This document shows positions 15,943 to 25,108 of a stretch of 25,163 nucleotides of DNA, in pieces. The notes under the pieces are model-generated. The model was not told where the DNA came from. It ran no database searches and saw only the letters and a program-made list of their open reading frames with translations. The DNA comes from a bacterium (GTDB lineage: Bacteria; Sysuimicrobiota; Sysuimicrobiia; Sysuimicrobiales; Kaftiobacteriaceae). The stretch lies in assembly GCA_044868695.1 (NCBI GenBank), contig JBIOWP010000054.1:1-25163 (forward strand), read 5' to 3'. The position numbers and the translations under genes were made by a program. Positions within the stretch are counted from its first letter, which is position 1, and the number at the start of each line of letters is the position of its first letter.

Positions 15943-16959
15943 TCAGCGTTTCGTCCAGCGGAGCGCGCACGACCCCCACGTGAGACCGCCGCCAAACCCG
16001 ACCAGCACGGCCAGATCGCCGGCCTTCAGGCGGCCGCCCCGCACCGCTTCGTACAGGGCGACCGGGACGGACGCGGAGGACGTATTGCCGTACCGTTCCA
16101 CGTTGATGAAGAACTTCTCTCGAGGCTGGCCTAACCGTTCGGCGGCCGCGTCAATGATGCGGATATTCGCCTGGTGCGGAATGAACCAGTCGACGTCCGC
16201 CAGGGACACGTGCGCCCGCTGGGCGGCTTCTTCGATGGCCTTCGGGATGCAGCGCACTGCGAACTTGAATACCTCGCGGCCGTTCATCTGCAGGAAGTGC
16301 TGGTTGCGCTCCACCGACTCATAGCTCGCCGGCATCCGTGAGCCGCCGCCCGGGAGGGCGATCCAGGATCCTCCCGAGCCGTCGGCTCCCAGGTAGAAGG
16401 AGAGAAATCCCTCACCGGGCTCACACGCCTGCATCACCACCGCGCCGGCGGAGTCGCCAAACAGGACGCAGGTGTTGCGATCTTTCCAGTTGGTGATCTT
16501 GGACAGCGTCTCCGCACCCACAACCAGCACGGTGTCGGCCAGGCCGCTGGCGATGTGGCCGTGGGCCACCGCCGCTGCGTAGACCCAGCTGCTGCAGGCC
16601 GCCGACAGGTCGAACGCGCCCGCGCGGCTCGCGCCCAGGCGGTCCTGCAGGATGCAGGCCGTGGCGGGAAACAGCATGTCAGGCGTGGCCGTCCCGACGA
16701 TGATCAGATCCACCTGCCCGGCCTTGACGCCCGCATCGGCGAGCGCTTCTTTGGACGCCTCAAACGCCAGGTCCGAGCTCGCCTCCTCCGGAGCCGCGAT
16801 CCGCCGTTCGCGGATTCCCGTCCGGCTGACGATCCATTCATCGGTGGTGTCCACGAGCGCTTCCAGCTCGCGGTTGGTCATGACCCGGCTGGGCACGTAG
16901 CGCCCGATCCCGGTGATCGTCGACCCTCGCGTCCCCATCCCTTTCACCTGTGTGGTCAT
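15943..16959 (-). CDS. fabH: 3-oxoacyl-ACP synthase III
   Basis: DTTDEWIVSRTGI, AACS, HQANIRI, GNTSSAS, FGGGLTWG. Confidence 0.96.
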   Translation of the reverse strand: MTTQVKGMGTRGSTITGIGRYVPSRVMTNRELEALVDTTDEWIVSRTGIRERRIAAPEEASSDLAFEASKEALADAGVKAGQVDLIIVGTATPDMLFPATACILQDRLGASRAGAFDLSAACSSWVYAAAVAHGHIASGLADTVLVVGAETLSKITNWKDRNTCVLFGDSAGAVVMQACEPGEGFLSFYLGADGSGGSWIALPGGGSRMPASYESVERNQHFLQMNGREVFKFAVRCIPKAIEEAAQRAHVSLADVDWFIPHQANIRIIDAAAERLGQPREKFFINVERYGNTSSASVPVALYEAVRGGRLKAGDLAVLVGFGGGLTWGSCALRWTKR

Positions 16960-18026
16960 GTGGCCTGACCGCCGGCGGGGTCGGCGCTCCCCTCAAGCAC
17001 GGCCGGGTTCACGGCGGCAGGTCCCTCGCTCCACCGCGGCATCTGCACGCGGATCTCCTCGACGAATCCGTGGCGGACCGCCTCTGAGGCGGCCCTGATC
17101 GCATTGCGGATCGCGCGGGCGTTGCTGCTGCCGTGTGCAATGATGCAGACGCCCTCGATCCCCAGCAGCGGCGCGCCGCCGTACTCACGGTAGTCGATCC
17201 TCCGGTACAGGCGGCGCATCTTGCCTGCCAACGGGGCCAGGAACACCAGGAACAGCCGCCCCCGGATGCCCCTGAACTCAGACTTGACGATATCACGGAT
17301 GGCCACGGCCAGCCCCTCGCCGAACTTCAGGGCCACGTTCCCCACAAAGCCATCGCAGACGACCACGTCGGCGACACCGCTGAATACGTCCCGCGCCTCG
17401 ACGTTGCCGATGAAATTGAGGCCGGACTCCCGCAGCAGCACGGTGGTTCGCAGCGTCAGTTCCGACCCTTTTCCTTCCTCGGCCCCGTTGCTGAGGATTC
17501 CGACGTGGGGAAGGCCGACGCCCAGCACCTGCTGAGCGTACACCGCGCCCATCAGGGCGAACTGCAGCAGATGGTGAGGCCGGCAGTCCACGTTCGCCCC
17601 GACGTCGAGGAACACGACGGGATGCGCGGCCACGGTCGGCAGGACCGCGGCGATGGCGGGGCGGTCAACACCTGGAATCCGGCCCAGCCGCAGCAGAGCG
17701 GCGCCCATCGTGGCGCCGGTATGACCGGCGCTGACGACCGCGTCGGCCAGGCCATCTCGGACCTGCTCTATCGCGACCACGATGGAGGCCCGCTTCTTGC
17801 GCCGGACGGCCATGGCCGGGGACTCGTGCATCTCGATCACTTCGGGGGCATCGACGACGCGAATCCCCTCGGGCACCGGCCGGTGACGCGCGAGTTCGGC
17901 CTCAACCCGAGCCCGTGGACCTACCAGGACTACCTCGACTCCGAGATCACGTCCCGCGGCGACCGCGCCCGCGACCACGACGTCTGGGGCATGGTCCCCG
18001 CCCATGGCGTCGACCGCAATTCTCAA
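16956..18026 (-). CDS. plsX: Phosphate acyltransferase PlsX
   Basis: IAVDAMGGDHAP, SAGHTGA, DVGANVD, DGFVGN, GGAPLLG; start placed at TTG 18026. Confidence 0.96.
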   Translation of the reverse strand: MRIAVDAMGGDHAPDVVVAGAVAAGRDLGVEVVLVGPRARVEAELARHRPVPEGIRVVDAPEVIEMHESPAMAVRRKKRASIVVAIEQVRDGLADAVVSAGHTGATMGAALLRLGRIPGVDRPAIAAVLPTVAAHPVVFLDVGANVDCRPHHLLQFALMGAVYAQQVLGVGLPHVGILSNGAEEGKGSELTLRTTVLLRESGLNFIGNVEARDVFSGVADVVVCDGFVGNVALKFGEGLAVAIRDIVKSEFRGIRGRLFLVFLAPLAGKMRRLYRRIDYREYGGAPLLGIEGVCIIAHGSSNARAIRNAIRAASEAVRHGFVEEIRVQMPRWSEGPAAVNPAVLEGSADPAGGQAT

Positions 18027-18051
18027 TCCCTTGCGCTCGGCGGCCGTCGGG

Positions 18052-18243
18052 TTATTTCTCCTCCGTTTCCTCAATCTTGATGACTTCGCGATTGGCGTAC
18101 GTCCCGCACGTGGGACAGACACGATGTGGCCGCATGGGCGAGTGGCACTTGGGACAGGTGACCAGGGTGACTTCCTTCAGCTTCCACTGCGCCCGTCGTG
18201 TCGCACCGCTCATACGCGACCGCCGGTGTTTCTGAATGCCCAT
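18052..18243 (-). CDS. rpmF: 50S ribosomal protein L32 (Zn-binding form)
   Basis: CPKC..PHRVCPTCGTY; canonical yceD-rpmF-plsX context. Confidence 0.95.
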   Translation of the reverse strand: MGIQKHRRSRMSGATRRAQWKLKEVTLVTCPKCHSPMRPHRVCPTCGTYANREVIKIEETEEK

Positions 18244-18244
18244 G

Positions 18245-18790
18245 TCATTCCTCCTCTAGTTTCCCAAGATCTTTGAGCATCCGCAGCGGCGCCAGCCGGG
18301 GATCGACGACGTCGGCGGCAGCGTGCCCGCAGTCTCGCTCATTCAAGTTGGTCCCGCACCACGGACACAGCCCGCGGCAGCCGGGGAAGCACACCGGCAC
18401 CATCGGCAAGGCCAGGAGCAGGTGCTGGCGCACCACTTCGGTGACGTCGAGTACCAGATCCGGCCCGAGCGCCCCCACGACGTCTCCGGCCTCCACGGGG
18501 CCAGGTCCGGTCGCCGGCGGCTCGCCGATCAGAAACTCCTCGTTGACGACGGCAGCCAGGTCTGTCCGGAAGGCGGTCAGGCACCGGCCGCAGGTCAGCG
18601 GTGCGGTCGTCTGAAGCCGCCCCCGGAGGTGCATTGTCCGCGCTGTGCGATGCACCTCGAGATCGCCCACGACCGCTGCGTCAAACGTCACGTCATCCGA
18701 GCGGCTGTCCACCACCTCGCTGAACGCGGCGTGCAGGACCTGGCCGAGCTCCAGTTCCGCGGCATCGATGCGCACGTCCGGACCCACCAT
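18245..18790 (-). CDS. yceD: DUF177/YceD-family protein
   Basis: CGRCL, LALPMVPVC..CRGLCPWCGTNLN, DPRLAPL. Confidence 0.92.
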   Translation of the reverse strand: MVGPDVRIDAAELELGQVLHAAFSEVVDSRSDDVTFDAAVVGDLEVHRTARTMHLRGRLQTTAPLTCGRCLTAFRTDLAAVVNEEFLIGEPPATGPGPVEAGDVVGALGPDLVLDVTEVVRQHLLLALPMVPVCFPGCRGLCPWCGTNLNERDCGHAAADVVDPRLAPLRMLKDLGKLEEE

Positions 18791-18828
18791 GAGCGCCGGG
18801 CCTCGCCCGGCGCAAGTCTAGACGACTC

Positions 18829-18858
18829 AGTATAGACTTACCCGGATACCCCTTTCAA
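18829..18858 (-). promoter_or_regulatory. Putative internal promoter for yceD-rpmF-plsX-fab
   Basis: Minus strand TTGAAA (18858-18853), 18-nt spacer, TATACT (18834-18829). Confidence 0.55.
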
Positions 18859-19296
18859 TAACTCCCGGCCCTTGCGGATGACCTCGAGGACGCGCACGAC
18901 GTTCTCTTCCAGTTCCAGCAGGACCTGCGCGGCATAGGCATCGGCGCCCTCACGCACCTCGCGGGCGTGGCGCTCGGCCTGCGCCAGCAAGTCGGCCCGC
19001 CGCTGCGCAACGTCTGCCTGCGCACCGCCGCGGCCGGTCAACCGCGCGGCGGTGGCCTCCGCCTGCAGGACAATCCGCCTGGCTTCGTCCTGCGACTGGC
19101 GGTACAGCCGTTCGGCGTCCAGGCGGAGCCGGTGTGCTTCCTTCAGGTCCGCCGGGAGCGCTGCGCGGAGCAGACGCAGCAGCCCGAGCGCTTCTCCGGT
19201 ATCCAGCGGGCGCTCGCCGGGCCGGCCCCCTGCCACCCGGAGCAGCGCCTCAATCCGTTCCAGCAGATCGAGTACCGACGACGTCATCTGGGCCAT
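18838..19296 (-). CDS. Coiled-coil protein (DivIVA/ATP synthase subunit b-like family usually found after coaD)
   Basis: LPADLKEA..EARRIV..AREVREGADAYAAQVL..LE pattern; coaD-yceD context. Confidence 0.8.
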   Translation of the reverse strand: MAQMTSSVLDLLERIEALLRVAGGRPGERPLDTGEALGLLRLLRAALPADLKEAHRLRLDAERLYRQSQDEARRIVLQAEATAARLTGRGGAQADVAQRRADLLAQAERHAREVREGADAYAAQVLLELEENVVRVLEVIRKGRELLKGVSG

Positions 19297-19301
19297 CCGC
19301 G

Positions 19302-19787
19302 TTACCGCCGGGCCCGGAACTTCGTCCGCAGGCGCGCTTCGACGCCGTCGGGCACAAGGCCGGCCACCGATCCCCCCAGTCTGGCTACCTCGCGAATCAG
19401 CGTGGAACTGAGAAAGTAGTAGGCCGGGGCAGTCATGAAGAAGACCGTGTCCAGCTCCGGCGCCAGGCGCTGGTTCATCGACGCCTGCTTCAACTCGTAC
19501 TCGAAGTCAACCACCGCGCGCAGCCCCTTGACCAGCACGCCCGCCCCCCTGGTCTGCGCGAACGCCACCGTCAGGCCCTCGAACATATCGATCTGAACGT
19601 TTCGCAGGTGCGCCGCCGCCGCCTTGAGCATCTCGATCCGCTCGGCGGGAGTGAACAGGCCGTCCTTCTCGGCGTTGGTCGCCACCGCGACAATCACCCG
19701 CTCGAACACCCGCGCCGCCCGGGCGATCACGTCCAGATGCCCGTTGTGCACAGGGTCGAAGCTGCCCGGATACACCGCCACGGTCAT
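19302..19787 (-). CDS. coaD: Phosphopantetheine adenylyltransferase
   Basis: YPGSFDPVHNGH, GLRAVVDFEYE, SSTLIRE; ATGA overlap with rsmD. Confidence 0.97.
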   Translation of the reverse strand: MTVAVYPGSFDPVHNGHLDVIARAARVFERVIVAVATNAEKDGLFTPAERIEMLKAAAAHLRNVQIDMFEGLTVAFAQTRGAGVLVKGLRAVVDFEYELKQASMNQRLAPELDTVFFMTAPAYYFLSSTLIREVARLGGSVAGLVPDGVEARLRTKFRARR

Positions 19788-20335
19788 GACGCGCTCCCTC
19801 CCGCTCTCTCGAAGTACCACACCGCCGTTTCACCGTACCGCGCCTCACGGCGGAGGACCAGCCCGCTGACATCGCCCGGGCGGTCTCGCCAGTGTCCCTC
19901 CGCCGCGGCGATCCCGCCTGAGGCCAGAAGGCCCGACGCCGCCAGAGCGGTAAGCGTTGCTTCTACAAGCCCCCAGCCATAGGGGGGATCCAGGAGGATC
20001 ACCTCAAAGCGCCGGTCCATGTTCGCTAACTCCCTGACGGCGGACAGGACATCGCGCTGCCAGACCTCCGCCTGCCCGGCCGCTCCGGCGTCTACGAGGC
20101 GCCGGCGGAGGGCTTCTGCCAGCCGGCCGTTGCGTTCTACAAACAACACCGACGCCGCTCCCCGTTCCAGCGCCTCAATCCCCAACGCTCCTGAGCCCGC
20201 ATACAAGTCCAGCACGTGCGCCCCCTCGACCCGCGCTCCGAGGCTGTTGAAGACCGCATCGCGCACGCGGGCCTGGGTGGGTCGAAATTCCTCCCGCCGC
20301 CGGGTACGCGGCCGCGCGACCGCCCGTCCCATCAA
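19784..20335 (-). CDS. rsmD: 16S rRNA m2G966 methyltransferase
   Basis: RPTQARVRDAVFN, LDLYAGSGALGIEAL, DPPY, YGET. Confidence 0.93.
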   Translation of the reverse strand: MMGRAVARPRTRRREEFRPTQARVRDAVFNSLGARVEGAHVLDLYAGSGALGIEALERGAASVLFVERNGRLAEALRRRLVDAGAAGQAEVWQRDVLSAVRELANMDRRFEVILLDPPYGWGLVEATLTALAASGLLASGGIAAAEGHWRDRPGDVSGLVLRREARYGETAVWYFERAGGSAS

Positions 20336-22452
20336 CTGACCACCGCCACGCCCACCCGGTCGCCAAACCGCCGCCGCACCTCTCGCCGCAGCCCGGCATG
20401 GTCAGGAGCGGACAGGACAGGGTCGGCATCCAGCATCCGGGCGGCTTCCTCCCGGGCCGCGTCCAGGATCGAGGCGTCGGCCAGCAGATCGGCAATGCGG
20501 AGCTCCGGTAATCCGTGCTGGCGCGTGCCCAGGAACTCTCCGGGACCGCGCAGCTCCAGATCGCGCTGGGCGATCACAAACCCGTCCCCGGTGTGCTCCA
20601 TGACAGCCATCCGGGTCTGAGCCGCATCGGTTGCCGCGGAAGAGAGGAGAATACAGTGGGAGGTCTCGGCGCCGCGTCCGACGCGGCCCCGCAGTTGGTG
20701 GAGCTGTGCCAGGCCGAACCGGTCGGCGTCCTCGATGACCATGATGGTCGCCTGCGGCACATCGATGCCGACCTCGATGACGGGCGTGGCGACCAGCACC
20801 TTGACGGTCCCCCCGCGGAACTGCTCCATCACCGTCTCTTTCTCATCCGGCCGCATCCGTCCGTGGAGCAGCGCGAGCGGGATGCCGGCAAACACATCCT
20901 CCCGTATCCGCTCGGCCAAGCGCGTCGCCGCTTCCACCTGAAGTTTCTCCGACTCCTCGATCAGCGGGCACACGATGTACGCCTGACGCCCCGCCAGAAC
21001 CTGGCTGCGCACCCAGGCGTACACGTCCGGACGTTTCTCCGGACCCCGCACGTACGTCTTGGTCGCACCCCGCCCAGGGGGGAGCTCATCGAGGACCGAC
21101 ACGTCGAGATCGCCGTACAAGGTCATCGACAGCGTCCGCGGGATCGGCGTCGCCGTCATCACCAGCACATCGGGATACGATCCTTTCCGGCGCAGCGCGG
21201 CACGCTGCATCACGCCGAACTTGTGCTGCTCATCCACCACCACCAGGCCCAGGCGTGCGAACTCGACGCCGGCTTCCACGAGCGCATGCGTCCCCACCGC
21301 GAGCTGCGCCGCACCGGTCCGCAGCGCCTCACGCGCCTCGCCCCGCCCGCGCCGGCCGGACGCACCGGTCACCAGCACGACCGCGACACCCAGCGGCTCC
21401 AGCAGCCTCCGAAACGTCAGGAAGTGCTGCTCGGCAAGAATCTCGGTCGGCGCCATCAGCACGCCCTGGTACCCGCCGCCGACGCACACCCACAGCGCCG
21501 CAGCCGCCACGACCGTCTTTCCCGACCCGACGTCGCCCTGCAGGAGGCGGTTCATCGGCCGGTGGCGGCGCAGGTCCTCGGAAATGCCGTCAATGACTCG
21601 GCGCTGCGCGCGGGTGAGCGCGTACGGCAGCGTCTCGACGAACCGCGCAAGCAGGGTGCCGTCCCCCGCATACCGGACCCCCTTGTCGATCGTCTCCAGG
21701 GCCCGCCGGCGCTGCAGAACGCCAAGCTGCAGCACGAGCAGCTCATCAAAGGCCAGCCGCAGGCGTGCCGCGCCTGCGTCATCCAGAGACGCAGGGAAAT
21801 GCAGGCCGTAGAGCGCGTCCCGCAGCGGGATCAAGTCATGGCGGCGCCGGACCGCCTCCGGCAGGGCGTCTGGGAGTCCGTCCGCGTATTGGGCGAGGGT
21901 CTGGGAGATGATCGATCGGAGCACGCGCGGACTGAGCCCCTCGGTGGCCGGATGCATCGGTACAATCCGGCCGGTATGGAGGGTGTCATCGTCGTCTCCG
22001 CTGAGGAGCTCAAAGTCCTCCACGACCATCTGAAGCGCCCCCACCCGCTCGACCCTCCCGTACACGATCAGGCGCGTGCCCCGGCGGATCACTCGGCGCA
22101 GGTACCGCTGGCCGAACCAGATGGCTTGAAGCACTCCTGTGTCGTCAGACAGGGCGGCGACAAACTCGTAGGTGCCGTACCGCTTCTCGCTCAGGGCCAG
22201 GACAACGCCCTCGACCGGGTGCTTTTGCCCGGGCACGAGCGATCCGATCTTCGACAACCGGCTGCGGTCCTCGTAGCGGTGGGGTTTGTGGTACAGCAGG
22301 TCCTCAACCGTATGCAGTTCGAGCCGGGCCAGCAGCGCAGCCCGGGCGGGACCGACACCTTTGACGTATTGGGCGGGGACGTCGAGCGGGGTCCGGGACG
22401 CCGATCGCGTCTGGCCCGCGCCGACGACGGCGGTGCGGCGTGATGTGGCCAT
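20332..22452 (-). CDS. recG: ATP-dependent DNA helicase RecG
   Basis: LQGDVGSGKT, DEQHKFG, MTATPIPR, QLHQLRGRVGRG, DLELRGPGE. Confidence 0.98.
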   Translation of the reverse strand: MATSRRTAVVGAGQTRSASRTPLDVPAQYVKGVGPARAALLARLELHTVEDLLYHKPHRYEDRSRLSKIGSLVPGQKHPVEGVVLALSEKRYGTYEFVAALSDDTGVLQAIWFGQRYLRRVIRRGTRLIVYGRVERVGALQMVVEDFELLSGDDDDTLHTGRIVPMHPATEGLSPRVLRSIISQTLAQYADGLPDALPEAVRRRHDLIPLRDALYGLHFPASLDDAGAARLRLAFDELLVLQLGVLQRRRALETIDKGVRYAGDGTLLARFVETLPYALTRAQRRVIDGISEDLRRHRPMNRLLQGDVGSGKTVVAAAALWVCVGGGYQGVLMAPTEILAEQHFLTFRRLLEPLGVAVVLVTGASGRRGRGEAREALRTGAAQLAVGTHALVEAGVEFARLGLVVVDEQHKFGVMQRAALRRKGSYPDVLVMTATPIPRTLSMTLYGDLDVSVLDELPPGRGATKTYVRGPEKRPDVYAWVRSQVLAGRQAYIVCPLIEESEKLQVEAATRLAERIREDVFAGIPLALLHGRMRPDEKETVMEQFRGGTVKVLVATPVIEVGIDVPQATIMVIEDADRFGLAQLHQLRGRVGRGAETSHCILLSSAATDAAQTRMAVMEHTGDGFVIAQRDLELRGPGEFLGTRQHGLPELRIADLLADASILDAAREEAARMLDADPVLSAPDHAGLRREVRRRFGDRVGVAVVS

Positions 22453-22546
22453 TCGCCACCCTGTTCTACGCTTCCACAGGCTTTCCTTGCCCGGGTCCTG
22501 ATGCTACAATCTTGGAGGTCCGCTGGACCGTGGAGGTTGGACGAAC

Positions 22547-22759
22547 ATGGCGAGGCAGTGCGCGATTTGCGGGAAACGACCGGGCTCGGGTCACTCCGTC
22601 AGCCACTCGGCCGTGAAGACGAAGCGTCGGTTCTTGCCTAACCTCCAGCGCGTGCGAGTCCTCGTCGACGGCGCCCCGCGCCGGTTGGCGGTATGCACAG
22701 ACTGCCTGCAGGCGGGACGCGTGCAACGACCGAAGCAACGCAGTCGCGTTGTGGCCTAG
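22547..22759 (+). CDS. rpmB: 50S ribosomal protein L28
   Basis: [34 protein letters not shown]; extended -10 TGCTACAAT at 22502-22510. Confidence 0.96.
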   Translation: MARQCAICGKRPGSGHSVSHSAVKTKRRFLPNLQRVRVLVDGAPRRLAVCTDCLQAGRVQRPKQRSRVVA

Positions 22760-22775
22760 GCGCGGAACCGCGGAC

Positions 22776-23708
22776 CTATCCTTCGGCTTCCTTCAGTTCT
22801 CCGTTCCCTGCCGCCCGGGGTAACCGGTTGCCGTCGTTCATCCCCGCAATCAGCTCGTCGACATCGTCCACATCGAACAGGTAGCGGGCCGCGCAGAAGT
22901 TGCACCGGACCTCCACCTGTCCCTGTTCCGCCAGGATGCTGCGCAGCTCGGTTTCGCCGAGGCTGATCAGCACGCGCTGCACCTTCCGCCGTGAACAGCG
23001 GCAGCGGAACCGCATCGCCCCCCGCTCGACCACCGAGCCGGGCATCTCGCCCAGGGCGGAGCGGACCATCTCCTCCGGTGTTTGGCCCCCGGCGATCATC
23101 GAGGTCACCGGAGGCAGCGCTTTGGCCCGCTCCTCCAGGTAGGTGACGATGCCGCCGCTGGCACCGGGCATGACCTGCACGATGAGGCCGCCGGCCGCCA
23201 TGACCCGCTCGGTGGGAGAAACCAGCACACCGAGCGCCACCACCGACGGGATCTGGTGGGACACGACCAGGTAGGACGCGAGGTCTTCGGCGATCTCCCC
23301 GGAGACCAGGGGCACGCTGCCGTGGTAGGGAATCCGCAGCCCGAGGTCCAGCGTGACGTGAAGCGTTCCCCGCCCCACCGCGCCGCCGACGTCAAGCTTG
23401 CCGGCCGGGGTCAGCGGGAGGTGGACGTCCGGATTCGCGACGTACCCCCGTACCGTCCCGGCGGCGTCGCCCATGGCCAGCACGCCGCCCAGCGGTCCAT
23501 CGCCGAGGATGCGGACCAGGATCGTCTGTCCGGCCCGCAGCGTTGCCCCCAGCAGCCCTGCGCCCGTCAGCGCGCGGCCGAGTGCCGCCGTCGCGGTCGG
23601 CGCCGTGCCGTGGCGGCGCCTGGCCTGCTCCACGGTCGCCGTCGCCACGGCCGCCGTGGCACGGACGCTGCCGTCGTCTGTCACCGATCGAACCCAGTAA
23701 TCCTGCAC
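22776..23708 (-). CDS. hslO: Hsp33 redox-regulated chaperone
   Basis: AALGRALT, VPLVSGEIAEDL, AAGGLIVQVMPG, CRCS..CNFC Zn centre; start placed at GTG 23708. Confidence 0.95.
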   Translation of the reverse strand: MQDYWVRSVTDDGSVRATAAVATATVEQARRRHGTAPTATAALGRALTGAGLLGATLRAGQTILVRILGDGPLGGVLAMGDAAGTVRGYVANPDVHLPLTPAGKLDVGGAVGRGTLHVTLDLGLRIPYHGSVPLVSGEIAEDLASYLVVSHQIPSVVALGVLVSPTERVMAAGGLIVQVMPGASGGIVTYLEERAKALPPVTSMIAGGQTPEEMVRSALGEMPGSVVERGAMRFRCRCSRRKVQRVLISLGETELRSILAEQGQVEVRCNFCAARYLFDVDDVDELIAGMNDGNRLPRAAGNGELKEAEG

Positions 23709-23710
23709 GA

Positions 23711-23746
23711 TGACTTCATTATATGAAGTCACCGCCGGTGCGTCAC
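23711..23746 (-). promoter_or_regulatory. Putative hslO promoter with a palindrome centred on the -10
   Basis: Minus strand GTGACG (23746-23741), 17-nt spacer, TATAAT (23723-23718); inverted repeat TGACTTCAT-TAT-ATGAAGTCA at 23711-23731. Confidence 0.6.
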
Positions 23747-24370
23747 CACCACCAGCAACCATCCGCGCCGGACCTTCACCACCGCGGCCGGTCCGGTCAA
23801 CTCATTGCTGATGCCGCGAGTCGCGTCCATCCGCAGCGCGTCGTTGTGCAATGGATACTTCAGCCCGCCGGTCGTCACTCCGGCCGCGGTCGCCGAGAGG
23901 GGAATCAACGACACGAGATCGCCGGTACGACCCTGAACCACGGTGCGCGCGCCGGCCAGGAAGAGCTCGCTGCGCCCGTGGAAAATCCGCGCCCGGCAGC
24001 CGCGGCCGGCGGCGTAGACCAGCAGTCCAATGTTGCCCAGCGCGTGGTCCAGTCGGCCGCCCAGCATGCCGACCAGGTCGATCTCCCTGGTCCGAGCCCG
24101 CAGGGCGTATTCCACGGCCAGCTGCCCGTCGGTCTTGTCCTTCTCGCGGGCGTGCGCAATCACCCTGGCGCGCCGCCGTCGCGCCCAGGCCAGCAATCCA
24201 CCACCTGAGGAGTCCATATCACCGATCACGACGTGCGGGGCGATGCCAAAAGAGCGGGCCGTCCGCACGCCGCCGTCGGCACAGATAACCAGATCGGCGC
24301 GGCGCACCAGACGCCGCAGCTCAGGCGACGGCCGGAGACGCCGGTTCCCGATGATGACGGCGCGCGTCAC
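23729..24370 (-). CDS. thiN: Thiamine pyrophosphokinase
   Basis: ICADGG, IGDMDS, EKDKTD, GGRLDH, GLKYPL, GISNE. Confidence 0.94.
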   Translation of the reverse strand: MTRAVIIGNRRLRPSPELRRLVRRADLVICADGGVRTARSFGIAPHVVIGDMDSSGGGLLAWARRRRARVIAHAREKDKTDGQLAVEYALRARTREIDLVGMLGGRLDHALGNIGLLVYAAGRGCRARIFHGRSELFLAGARTVVQGRTGDLVSLIPLSATAAGVTTGGLKYPLHNDALRMDATRGISNELTGPAAVVKVRRGWLLVVVTHRR

Positions 24371-24891
24371 GAGACCGGCTGGACCGGGCGGATGCGTTCC
24401 ATCGCGCGCAGGACCAGGACGGTCAAGATCGAGCTGATAATCACCTCGACCAGCATGTAGCTGCCGTTATAGACGGCCGAGTAGACCGCGGGCGGCACGC
24501 CGGGCGGAGCGTATGAGGCGAAGAACACGATCCCGGAGGCAAAGTGGGCCGCGAAGCGGCCGGCGCCCCCGACGATCACGCCGAGCACGGGGCTCCGCTG
24601 GAAGAAACCGGCCACCCCAATGAGACCGAACGCAATAGGGTAGTCCAGCAGCACCTGGGCCGGGTTTACAAAAAATGGATCCGTGATGTAGTTGACGACG
24701 CCGGCCAGCGCTCCGGCCAGGACACCCCATCGCGCGCCCCAGCGCAGCGCCACATAGAAGATGGGCACCATACTGCCGGCTGTGATCGAGCCGCCCTGCG
24801 GCAGCTTGTACACACGCACCTGACTGAGCACGGCCACCAGGGCGACCGCGATGGCCAGCTCGACCAGGCGCTGGAGCGACTGCCTCTCCAT
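24367..24891 (-). CDS. thiT: Energy-coupled thiamine transporter S component ThiT (174 aa)
   Basis: LPQGGSIT, QVLLDY, HFASG.VFF..YAP, YS.VYNGSY; ATG 24891 with SD GAGGAGGG; TPP riboswitch upstream. Confidence 0.94.
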   Translation of the reverse strand: MERQSLQRLVELAIAVALVAVLSQVRVYKLPQGGSITAGSMVPIFYVALRWGARWGVLAGALAGVVNYITDPFFVNPAQVLLDYPIAFGLIGVAGFFQRSPVLGVIVGGAGRFAAHFASGIVFFASYAPPGVPPAVYSAVYNGSYMLVEVIISSILTVLVLRAMERIRPVQPVS

Positions 24892-24919
24892 ACGTGTTCC
24901 CTCCTCAATGCGGTCTGTC

Positions 24920-24955
24920 AACACGAAGACCGCCAGTGAGCCGTCCCTGGCGGTC
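24920..24955 (-). terminator. Hairpin in the riboswitch expression platform (putative terminator)
   Basis: GACCGCCAG/CTGGCGGTC 9-bp stem (24928-24955) followed on the minus strand by TTCGTGTT, an imperfect U tract. Confidence 0.5.
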
Positions 24956-24964
24956 AGCAGATCC

Positions 24965-25062
24965 CTGCGTCTCCCCACGCCAGTATTACCTGGATCGGGT
25001 CCAATGGGTCTGCGACGGAGGGTCGCACTCTCAGCCCGGCTGCCCCGAGCTCCCCACCTTGC
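24965..25062 (-). ncRNA. TPP riboswitch
   Basis: Minus strand GGGGAGC...GCTGAGA...ACCC..TGGACCCGATCCAGGTAATACTGGCGTGGGGA matches the THI box; upstream of thiT-thiN; ends approximate. Confidence 0.95.
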
Positions 25063-25078
25063 TATGCGGTTCACCACT

Positions 25079-25108
25079 ATCTTACAGAGGTTCGTTGGTC
25101 GGTTGCAA
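25079..25108 (-). promoter_or_regulatory. Promoter for the TPP riboswitch-thiT leader
   Basis: Minus strand TTGCAA (25108-25103), 18-nt spacer, TAAGAT (25084-25079). Confidence 0.55.

Noticed and set aside
12667..18026. fab genes as a type II PKS cluster
   Set aside because: Standard plsX-fabH-fabD-fabG-acpP-fabF-rnc housekeeping order; no chain-length factor or cyclase.
20515..22443. 642-aa + strand ORF opposite recG
   Set aside because: Shadow of recG on the opposite strand; no motifs or initiation signals.
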